In this document: positions 1 through 8,076 of the stretch, one piece after another | Numbering within the stretch: position 1 is the stretch's first letter | Layout: each line of letters begins with the position of its first letter | From: Pseudopedobacter sp. | Lineage (GTDB): Bacteria > Bacteroidota > Bacteroidia > Sphingobacteriales > Sphingobacteriaceae | Direction: 5' to 3' | Length of the DNA stretch: 60,100 bases | Assembly (NCBI RefSeq): GCF_040392825.1 | Contig: NZ_JBEBVH010000001.1 | Span: forward strand, 1 to 60,100 | The notes under the pieces: generated by a model | The model's database searches: none | What the model was told of the DNA's origin: nothing | The model's input: only the letters and a program-made list of their open reading frames with translations | Made by a program: the position numbers and the translations under genes

Positions 1-513
1 TATGTTGCTCTTTCTGGCCTTTAATGCGCCGCAGGTATCAGAAGCTAAATGGAAGTTTAAGCGTCTTACAGATTAATGACGGCTTTTACAAAACATTGTT
101 CTGTCTAGGAGAGCTTCTGTTTCTAAAAACTTAAACAGGAATTAGCGGGGATAATTAGATCTCGGGGAACTCCGTGGTAATGGCGAGGTGTATCTTATCA
201 TTATCTTATTAGAATACTTTTACTTTCAATTATAATATGATTTTATCTCGTCTTCACACCAGGTGAAAAAAGTAAAACATTATTTTGTCGATTTTGTTAC
301 CAATTTATAATTAGAAGAAACTACCGTTGTAGTATAACCAATTTGAACTTAATTTCTTATTTATAATTGCTGTTTTGATAAACATTCGGCGTTTTAATAA
401 GGTAATTTTTGCTGAAATATTAATATTCTTAAAGTCTATACTACTTAGATCACTTAACCAGCAACTTTGTATTAAAGTTTATAAATCTAATTAATCAATT
501 AAATTGAACAGAA

Positions 514-1224
514 ATGAAAAAATTGTTTGCTGAATTTTTCGGTACCTTTTGGTTGGTATTCGGAGGATGTGGTAGCGCAATCTTCGCTTCGCACATAGCT
601 CCGGCTGAAAATGGACAAATAGGCATCCTTCTTCTCGGGGTTGCCCTTGCATTTGGTCTTACCGTACTTACCATGGCATATGCCGTTGGGCATATTTCAG
701 GAGGGCATTTTAATCCTGCGGTCTCTTTTGGCTTATTGGCAGGAGGCAGATTTTCTGCGAAAGATCTGATTCCTTATATTTTGGCGCAATGTATAGGCGC
801 AATAGTTGCGGCGGCGGCTCTGTATACCATTAATGGAGGGACTGGAGGTAATTGAGCGGGAGCTTTTGCAAGTAATTTTTATGATGCTGTGGTGTATTTT
901 GGTAAAAGTTATTCATTGGGACAAGCTTTTCTAGCTGAGTTTTTACTGACCATGTTTTTTCTCATTATTATTATGGGAGCAACTGATAAATTTGCTAACG
1001 GGAAATTTGCGGGAATAGCTATAGGTTTAGCGTTGACTTTGATACATTTAATTTCCATTCCCATTACTAATACATCTGTAAATCCTGCAAGATCTCTTTC
1101 TCAGGCAATCTTTGTAGGAGGGCAGGCTACCGCTCAGGTATGGTTGTTCTGGGTAGCGCCTATTTTAGGTGCTATTGCAGGTGGGCTGATCTATAAATTT
1201 CTGCTACAGAAACACGAAGAATAA
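514..1224 (+). pseudogene. aqpZ: Aquaporin Z interrupted by one in-frame TGA at 853-855
   Basis: [15 protein letters not shown], first NPA ([12 protein letters not shown]) and second NPA (NTSVNPARS). ORFs 514-855 and 889-1224 share a frame and read ...GTGGN*AGAFASNFYDAVVYFGKSYS... Confidence 0.9.
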
Positions 1225-1239
1225 GCATTATAATTTAAA

Positions 1240-2085
1240 TCAGGCAAAAACCTCCAGTAATTGCCTGATTTCTTTTACTTTTTCCTCTGACCCTAATTCT
1301 TCATAGGAAGATATGAGGTTTCTAAGTACTCTTTTAATGATGTCCACATTAGAACAAGGTTCATAAAAAGAGCGATCAGGTTGTACCTTAAGCTGTTTCA
1401 GGAAAAGATCTATATCTCTTCTGCCAAATATATATCCCCGGTTAAAAACATTTATATAAAACAATACATCGTTATCATATTGAGTTTGGTTCTCTTAAGC
1501 TAAGATAAAATGCTGAGGCAGGTTTACTCCATAAATAGGAATATCCAATTTCTGGGCAATGATAGAATAGATTATGGCCAGACTGATTTGGTTTCCCTTT
1601 TTAGATTCTAAAACCTGACTGATATAAGAATTTTGCGGATCTTTATGGTTTGTCGTATTACCACCAAAACCATAAATATTGTAGAATATATTATTGATTA
1701 GTCTCACCTTTTCCGAAGGGCTGGACTCATACATCATCTGCATCCAAACTTCGCGTTTAATCTCTTCTATCTGATTGATGATCTTTTGTTCTTCAAGATC
1801 CGGATACTGGTATCTGTTAATAATTAAAATACCCCTGAGCAGATCAAAAGAACCACTATTATACCAAAGTTCCAGATCCATTTTAACGTTCTGAAACTGT
1901 ATCTTATGTATAAGATTAACCAAACGTTCCTGTAAAATAGGATTGAAAGATTTTTCCCACTCCAATTCCAGATAAGAAACAATGTCTTCACCGTAAGATA
2001 GTAACTTATCTTCTATATGTCGAAAGATTTCCGGATCCGGATCGTCTAACAACCTTATTAATGCTGGAATTTCCTTTTCGTTCAT
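1240..2085 (-). pseudogene. Transglutaminase-like (SirB1/Transglut_core2) protein interrupted by one in-frame TAA at 1495-1497
   Basis: Motifs KKGNQISLAIIY, GVNLPQHFILA, LFYINVFNRG and RVLRNL. The two ORFs share a frame and read HFILA*ENQTQYDNDVLFYINVFN. Confidence 0.8.
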
Positions 2086-2142
2086 CACTTTTCCTTGAAA
2101 ATATCAAAAAGCCATTCAGCAAAAAATATTCGTCATATTATT

Positions 2143-2150
2143 TACCTTTG
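2143..2150 (+). promoter_or_regulatory. Bacteroidota sigma70 -7 element TACCTTTG
   Basis: Matches TAnnTTTG and ends 4 nt before the ATG at 2155. Confidence 0.55.
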
Positions 2151-2154
2151 GCGT

Positions 2155-2940
2155 ATGGTAAAATTTCAGTTCATCAAAGACTTCATATATCATAGAATCA
2201 CTTCGAAAACCAGACATGGTGTGCATTCACCCTTTGTCTATAAATTGATAGACGAAGTCATCTACGATTTACGATCTAAAGATGAATACAAAAATATCGA
2301 AGATTTACGTAAAAAGTTAATATTAGATGATAGAATTATTACCATAACCGATTTGGGTGCAGGTTCGCATATGAACAATAATAAGCAAAAAGCGGTTTCA
2401 CAAATTGCAGAAAATGCTTTAAAGCCTCGCAAGCTGGCGCAATTGATTTATCGTTTGGCCAAAATAATGCGCCCTTCTAATATGATAGAGTTGGGGACCT
2501 GTCTAGGAATAACTACGGCTTATTTATCCAAAGCGGCGCCAGACGCAAGTGTAATAACAATGGAAGGGTGCCCCGAAACAGCTAAGATTGCCCAGGAAAA
2601 TTTTAACGAGTTGGAGCTTAATAATATCCATATGGAAGTAGGAAACTTTGATGATAATTTTCCCAAAATCATAGCGCAGTATCCAAAATTAGATTTTGTA
2701 TTTATTGACGGTAATCATAGAAAAGAAGCCACCTTAAATTATTTTAATTGGAGCCTGCCAAAAGTACATGAAAACTCCCTGCTGATTTTTGATGATATTT
2801 ATTGGAGCAAAGGAATGAAGGAAGCGTGGGAAGAAATCAAAAATCACCCGGATGTAACTTGCACAGTTGATTTGTTCTGGATCGGATTGGTTTTCTTTAG
2901 AAAAGGTCAGGCTAAGGAACATTTTAAGGTGAAGTTTTAA
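2155..2940 (+). CDS. Class I SAM-dependent methyltransferase (Methyltransf_24-like)
   Basis: IELGTCLGITT motif I, FVFIDGNH, FDDIYWS, N-terminal HGVHSPFVY. ATG 2155 preferred over TTG 2095 because of the -7 element. Confidence 0.85.
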   Translation: MVKFQFIKDFIYHRITSKTRHGVHSPFVYKLIDEVIYDLRSKDEYKNIEDLRKKLILDDRIITITDLGAGSHMNNNKQKAVSQIAENALKPRKLAQLIYRLAKIMRPSNMIELGTCLGITTAYLSKAAPDASVITMEGCPETAKIAQENFNELELNNIHMEVGNFDDNFPKIIAQYPKLDFVFIDGNHRKEATLNYFNWSLPKVHENSLLIFDDIYWSKGMKEAWEEIKNHPDVTCTVDLFWIGLVFFRKGQAKEHFKVKF

Positions 2941-2952
2941 TAGAATTATTCT

Positions 2953-3616
2953 GTTTAACGGTTTGGCGCTTGGCGTTCGGGTGGAAAAGTCCGCAAGAAC
3001 TTTAACGCTTGAAAGTCAGACTGGCTGATGTAAACCCTGGTTTGTGATTCGGGTATTACCAGTTTGTCTATTTAGCTGTCATTCTGTTTGTTTCTCGTTT
3101 TTAATAGCTGAAAGATATGTCCAAACGATAAAAAGAAATTGTAATGGAACTCTAAACCATAAATAAGAAAGTCCATTTCCGTCAAATGTCCCTTTTTGAT
3201 AGTCAATCTGTTCTATGGCTGCATAAATGTTTGCAGGGAGTATTAGTATGAAAAATGCAATTAGTAACCACGCTGTCATAATTCGGAAATTAGGAATAAA
3301 AAGTCCGATCGCCGCAGCGATCTCAATAATGCCTGTCAAATAAACTACTTCTGTTTTGTATGGAATAAAATCGGGCAACATCATTGACATTCCTTTCGTA
3401 AATACAAAATGTGCAATAGCCGTAAACAAAAGCATTGCTGACATTGCAATTCGTCCTGACAACGCAAATTCAACGTTTCTGAAAACAAACTTAGTAGTCA
3501 AAAGTGTAACTGTAAATACTGAAAGCAAAACTATTAAAGGTTTCATTTTATTTAGTTTGTCATTGTTGTTTGTTTCCGTCTTTTGTTTTAATGTCGTTCG
3601 CTACCTGACCGCTAAC
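2953..3616 (-). mobile_element. Possible orphan integron-type gene cassette carrying the DoxX gene
   Basis: Minus strand begins GTTAGCG (3616-3610) and ends CGCCAAGCGCCAAACC-GTTAAAC (to 2953), a GTTRRRY core site. One gene lies inside. The proximal attC arm is not clearly intact. Confidence 0.4.
3079..3546 (-). CDS. DoxX-like membrane protein
   Basis: Several hydrophobic helices with FTAIAHF, MLPDFIP, LTGIIEI, PANIYAA and YLWFRVPLQ. Confidence 0.8.
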   Translation of the reverse strand: MKPLIVLLSVFTVTLLTTKFVFRNVEFALSGRIAMSAMLLFTAIAHFVFTKGMSMMLPDFIPYKTEVVYLTGIIEIAAAIGLFIPNFRIMTAWLLIAFFILILPANIYAAIEQIDYQKGTFDGNGLSYLWFRVPLQFLFIVWTYLSAIKNEKQTE

Positions 3617-3717
3617 TCTTAATATACCTGATCATGTGAGATATTTTTTGACTATCAGTAATAGTTTGTAGTTCACGAGCGCCATCTTAATACTAAACAC
3701 TAGCTACTATAACACCA

Positions 3718-4851
3718 TCAAAAAGCCTCACTAAGACTTATGTAAAAACCGGATATTCTTTTCTCTCCTGTAGGTTTCTCGCCAAAACCGTAATCAAATC
3801 TGACAGCCAGGCTTTTATCCAGATCGAAGAAAAAACGTCCACCCAATCCATAGTTAGGTTTTAGGTCAGAAAAAAGGTTATTGAATTTATTATCCACATT
3901 TCCAAAACCACCAAAGGCCACTATACCAAATCGGTTGCTAAATCTGTAACGTATTTCCGATTGTAGGGATATATACTGTTCATCGCGGTATCTTCCCTGA
4001 TAATAACCCCGCATAACTTCATCATTACCCAACTGGCGCAGAACATAAAAAGGAATATGTCTGTCACTGTCTAAACCTTCATAAAACAGTTTGCTCGCAA
4101 ATACAACTTTTTTATGCAGGGATACGAATTGTCGTATATCTGCTGAGAAGAAATTACCTGAAAAATTATCCTGACCAAAGAAATTAGGTGTATAACCGTA
4201 TTTTATTCTGCCAAAAAAACCTTTAGTAGGATAAGTATTGGAGTTTCGCGTATCATAAAGTTGACTGATCTTAAACATCAGGAATTTACCGCCCTTTTGG
4301 TCGGCAGAAGGGAATGACTCAAATATACCACCTGCCTCTTTGTCTGTGAAGGAGTGAGACTCGAATTCTACACCTAAACCTGCATAGTAATTCTTAAAAA
4401 ATTTATATTCTACCTCGCTATTTATCCTGATTTTTTCTTGTTTTAATTTGTCTTCATCGATAACTTCCGTATCATTCCCGATTCCGTAAAAATTAAACGG
4501 TATATGATAAAATTGTATAGTATGAATGTGATGCCATTTATTTCGTTTAGACCAGATATCGGATTTTAAAGAGAACTGGGTTTGTCCTTTGGTACTTACC
4601 AATGCCATGCCATTGATCTGAGAAGCACGGGTAGCATAGTCATGCTTATCCATATAAAATGAATAAAGTCCCGCAGCTCCAACTATAAATCCGGCTTCCT
4701 GATTGTATCCCACTGCGGGCAAAGGCATAAAAGTATTTCGTCGTGTAGTATCGTTGGGAAATACCCTGTTAAACTGTTCCAATAATTTATTTTGACCAAA
4801 ACTTATTGCTGCTATATGTGAGAAAATGTAGGCTGCGAGTAGTTTTTTCAT
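3718..4851 (-). CDS. Omp85/BamA-TamA family outer-membrane beta-barrel (barrel only)
   Basis: Signal peptide, YDTRNS..YPTKG, MRGYYQGRYRD lid-loop motif, C-terminal FYISLSEAF. Confidence 0.8.
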   Translation of the reverse strand: MKKLLAAYIFSHIAAISFGQNKLLEQFNRVFPNDTTRRNTFMPLPAVGYNQEAGFIVGAAGLYSFYMDKHDYATRASQINGMALVSTKGQTQFSLKSDIWSKRNKWHHIHTIQFYHIPFNFYGIGNDTEVIDEDKLKQEKIRINSEVEYKFFKNYYAGLGVEFESHSFTDKEAGGIFESFPSADQKGGKFLMFKISQLYDTRNSNTYPTKGFFGRIKYGYTPNFFGQDNFSGNFFSADIRQFVSLHKKVVFASKLFYEGLDSDRHIPFYVLRQLGNDEVMRGYYQGRYRDEQYISLQSEIRYRFSNRFGIVAFGGFGNVDNKFNNLFSDLKPNYGLGGRFFFDLDKSLAVRFDYGFGEKPTGEKRISGFYISLSEAF

Positions 4852-5189
4852 TAGATGATTTAAAGTAGTTTTTTGATATGTTCCCGATACAAGATCCTTT
4901 TCCGAAGTCGTAAAGATAGTATTTTAGACAATAGATGATAAGTGATAAGTCAGGGTGGTTTGAGAGAGAGTCCGGAGGGGAGGGGATTTTTTGTTATTTT
5001 GTAAATCTGGAAAGGTCCTCTCTAATCTTTTTAGATGCATCTCAGGCACATGTCACACATATCTCACTCCGAAGGGTTCATCTTTACCAGTTACCAACAT
5101 CACAAATTATTAATAACAAGGAGTAGACAATCGACGATAAGACCAAATTTTTTGTCGATTCCTAAAGACAGTTAGTACATTGCTACTCG

Positions 5190-5225
5190 CACTATACCAG
5201 CACTATACTCCCAGTATACTCCCAT
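5190..5225. repeat. Three imperfect 11-bp direct repeats (core TATAC)
   Basis: TATAC starts at 5193, 5204 and 5215. Confidence 0.65.
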
Positions 5226-5270
5226 CTTAGACCCACTTACATAAAAACTCAAAGTAAGCAACTAATAATT

Positions 5271-5346
5271 ATTCGACCTTTCTTCGGGTTTCCTTCGGGA
5301 ATTACCCCTGTTTTCTCGAAGAAGTCCCGAAGAAGCCTCGAAGAAA
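5271..5346. repeat. Inverted array of 11-bp-periodic repeats (3x TTCG, spacer, 3x CGAA)
   Basis: TTCG at 5272, 5283, 5294 and CGAAGAA at 5317, 5328, 5339. Confidence 0.8.
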
Positions 5347-5453
5347 GATAGTGGATTTCTGGAAAAACCAGGAAAATATTGGCAAAATCAGGCATTCCAT
5401 CTTAAAATGAGGGATGGGGTATGAGTTCATAGTGGTTAAAAGATAAAAAGTCT

Positions 5454-5461
5454 TACTTTTG
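5454..5461 (+). promoter_or_regulatory. -7 promoter element TACTTTTG
   Basis: TAnnTTTG 17 nt before the ATG at 5479. Confidence 0.55.
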
Positions 5462-5478
5462 TCCAAAAAATTAATGAC

Positions 5479-6459
5479 ATGAGTGTACAAAGAGGACCTA
5501 TATCACAGTTTATAGAGAGAAATTATCTGCACTTTAATGCTGCAGCATTGATGGATGCCGCTAAAGGATATGAAAAACATTTGGATGAAGGTGGCAAAAT
5601 GATGATTACCCTGGCAGGTGCTATGAGTACTGCTGAATTAGGTATTTCGCTTGCCGAAATGATTCGTCAGGATAAAGTTTCAATTATATCTTGTACAGGA
5701 GCAAATCTTGAAGAAGATATTATGAACCTTGTTGCACATTCACATTACAAGAGAGTTCCGCATTATAGAGATCTTAGTCCGCAGGATGAGTGGGATTTAT
5801 TAGAAAATCATTACAACAGGGTTACAGATACCTGTATCCCGGAAGAAGAGGCTTTCAGAAGATTGCAAAAACATATTCATGCTATCTGGAAAAATGCGGA
5901 CAATGCAGGAGAACGCTATTTTCCACACGAGTATATGTACAAAATGTTGTTAAGCGGCGTGTTGGAACAATACTATGAAATTGACCCTAAAAACTCCTGG
6001 ATGTTGGCAGCCGCAGAAAAAAATATTCCAATTGTGGTACCCGGATGGGAAGACTCTACAATGGGTAATATCTTCGCTTCATATGTAATAAAAGGCCAAT
6101 TAAAAGCCTCTACTATGAAAAGCGGTATAGAATATATGGCCTGGTTAGCAGATTGGTATACAAAAAATTCCGAAGGAAAAGGTATTGGCTTCTTCCAGAT
6201 AGGAGGCGGTATTGCCGGAGATTTCCCAATATGCGTGGTGCCTATGCTTTATCAGGATTTGGAAATGGAAAATATTCCTTTCTGGAGTTATTTCTGTCAA
6301 ATTTCCGATTCTACAACATCTTATGGATCCTATTCAGGAGCGGTTCCAAATGAGAAGATTACCTGGGGGAAATTGGATATAAATACGCCTAAATTTATTG
6401 TTGAGTCCGATGCTACAATCGTTGCTCCTCTAATTTTTGCGTGGATATTAAGACAATAA
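5479..6459 (+). CDS. Deoxyhypusine synthase family protein (probable homospermidine synthase)
   Basis: LAGAMST, CTGANLEED, IGGG, SYSGAVPNEKITWGK, ESDATIVAPL. Confidence 0.9.
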   Translation: MSVQRGPISQFIERNYLHFNAAALMDAAKGYEKHLDEGGKMMITLAGAMSTAELGISLAEMIRQDKVSIISCTGANLEEDIMNLVAHSHYKRVPHYRDLSPQDEWDLLENHYNRVTDTCIPEEEAFRRLQKHIHAIWKNADNAGERYFPHEYMYKMLLSGVLEQYYEIDPKNSWMLAAAEKNIPIVVPGWEDSTMGNIFASYVIKGQLKASTMKSGIEYMAWLADWYTKNSEGKGIGFFQIGGGIAGDFPICVVPMLYQDLEMENIPFWSYFCQISDSTTSYGSYSGAVPNEKITWGKLDINTPKFIVESDATIVAPLIFAWILRQ

Positions 6460-6622
6460 AGAAAAAAACTTTTAAAAACAAATAAGTAAAAGGCGAAAAA
6501 TAATGGCATATCACTAAAAAAAGTGCTCTATGTCATTTGAACCTTATTTTTTTTACTAGTTTAGAATGGTTTTAAATTAGTAAAAACAGTCATCAAATTG
6601 TCAGGCAGAACGTAATTAATTT

Positions 6623-6630
6623 TACTTTTG
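6623..6630 (+). promoter_or_regulatory. -7 promoter element of the act/cox operon
   Basis: TACTTTTG with TTG at 6598-6600 as a candidate -33 element, 72 nt before actA. Confidence 0.55.
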
Positions 6631-6702
6631 TGGTGCGAAAATGAGGTAGGTTACGCATTTTCAATCAGAAAACATTAAAAAATTTAGTATAACAAGCTCA
6701 AT

Positions 6703-8028
6703 ATGAGAAACTTCTCATCTGATTTTAAGAAATTAGTAAGATCCCTTCTGATAGTCTCGGCTATCATTATTGGAGCGTCAGTTGTATCTGTTGCTCAGGA
6801 AGCTGCTGAAGAGCCTGCTGCTGCAGGCGGGGCAGTTGTTGGTGATGCAGCTGCAGGTGAAGCTTTATTTAAAGCAAACTGTACTGCCTGTCACGCGGTA
6901 GACAAAAGAGTGATGGGACCTGCATTAGCAGGTATCGATCAACGTCACGACAGAGAATGGTTACACAAATGGATTAAAAATGCTCCTGCAATGGTTGCTT
7001 CTGGCGATGCTGCTGCAGTGAAAATTTTTAATGAGTACAACCAGGCTCCTATGACTCCGTTTCCTCAATTGTCTGATGCTGATATCGACAATATTTTAGC
7101 TTATGTTAAAGCTGAGGAAACTAAAAAGGCAGAACAACCAGCCGGAGGCGCAGCAACAGCAGCTGCCGAAGACAAAGGTGTAAGCGGTTTTATGATCGCT
7201 GGTTTAATTGCGGTAGTCGTTATTGCTTTAGTTATTATCCTGGTTTTAAACCGGGTGATTTCAACTTTAGAGCGTTTGCTTTTAAATAAAGGTGATGCCT
7301 TAATTGTTGAAGAAGATGAAGAAGCTAAAGAGGAAAAAGATCAGTATGCTGGTGTTAAGAAATTCCTGAAGAATAAAAAAGCAGTATTCTTCACTGTAAT
7401 TGGTCTTTTGATAATTATCGGTGCATACAGTACTTCTGTGATGTGGAATACCGGTGTTCAGCAAGGATACCAGCCGGTGCAACCAATTAAATTCTCTCAC
7501 CAGTTACACGCAGGAACAAATCAAATTGAATGTCAGTATTGTCACTCTGGTGCATGGAAGTCTAAAAATGCAACTATCCCTTCGTTAAATGTTTGTATGA
7601 ACTGTCATAAATATGTTCAGGCGACAGATAACTATGGTGGCGAAATTTCTCCGGAAATCCAGAAAATTTATACGGCATTAGATTATAATCCCGAAACTCA
7701 ACAATACGGAGATAATCCAAGACCTATTGAATGGGTTAGAATTCACAACCTGCCAGACTTAGCATATTTCAACCACTCACAACACGTGAACGTTGCAGGT
7801 ATTGAATGTCAGAAATGTCACGGTCCAATAGAGACTATGGAAGAAGTATATCAATACTCTCCATTGACTATGAAATGGTGTGTGAACTGTCACAGAGAAA
7901 CTGAAGTAAATCATGAGCATAACTCATATTACGACAAAGTAATTGCGGCACACGAACAAATTAAGAAAGGTGAAAAAGTTACAGCAGCTGTCCTTGGTGG
8001 ATTAGAATGTGGTAAATGTCACTATTAA
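6703..8028 (+). CDS. actA: Alternative complex III ActA (monoheme plus pentaheme cytochrome c)
   Basis: Six CXXCH motifs: CTACH, then CQYCH, CMNCH, CQKCH, CVNCH, CGKCH. QPIKFSH is present and two TM segments lie between the domains. Confidence 0.92.
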   Translation: MRNFSSDFKKLVRSLLIVSAIIIGASVVSVAQEAAEEPAAAGGAVVGDAAAGEALFKANCTACHAVDKRVMGPALAGIDQRHDREWLHKWIKNAPAMVASGDAAAVKIFNEYNQAPMTPFPQLSDADIDNILAYVKAEETKKAEQPAGGAATAAAEDKGVSGFMIAGLIAVVVIALVIILVLNRVISTLERLLLNKGDALIVEEDEEAKEEKDQYAGVKKFLKNKKAVFFTVIGLLIIIGAYSTSVMWNTGVQQGYQPVQPIKFSHQLHAGTNQIECQYCHSGAWKSKNATIPSLNVCMNCHKYVQATDNYGGEISPEIQKIYTALDYNPETQQYGDNPRPIEWVRIHNLPDLAYFNHSQHVNVAGIECQKCHGPIETMEEVYQYSPLTMKWCVNCHRETEVNHEHNSYYDKVIAAHEQIKKGEKVTAAVLGGLECGKCHY

Positions 8029-8076
8029 TTAATTGGTTAAATAATTAGAATAAACTGTAAGTCTTATATAGCTTAA

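Noticed and set aside
1-500. Possible riboswitch, ncRNA or gene end at the window start
   Set aside because: Only short open frames and no RNA motif I could recognise. It needs an Rfam search and upstream context.
514-2085. Stop-codon reassignment or selenocysteine as the cause of the two in-frame stops
   Set aside because: The stops differ (TGA and TAA) and both codons end normal genes elsewhere in the window. No convincing SECIS hairpin follows the TGA, and the position is a loop rather than a catalytic Cys.
5190-5346. CRISPR array
   Set aside because: Units are 11 bp with no unique spacers, and there are no cas genes.
4935-5490. Short ORFs 4935-5126 and 5302-5490
   Set aside because: No recognisable protein features. 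The second one translates the repeat array and overlaps the next gene's start.
6502-6603. FNR-type oxygen-responsive box or terminator before actA
   Set aside because: No clean TTGAT-N4-ATCAA match. The hairpin at 6502-6537 is weak and interrupted.
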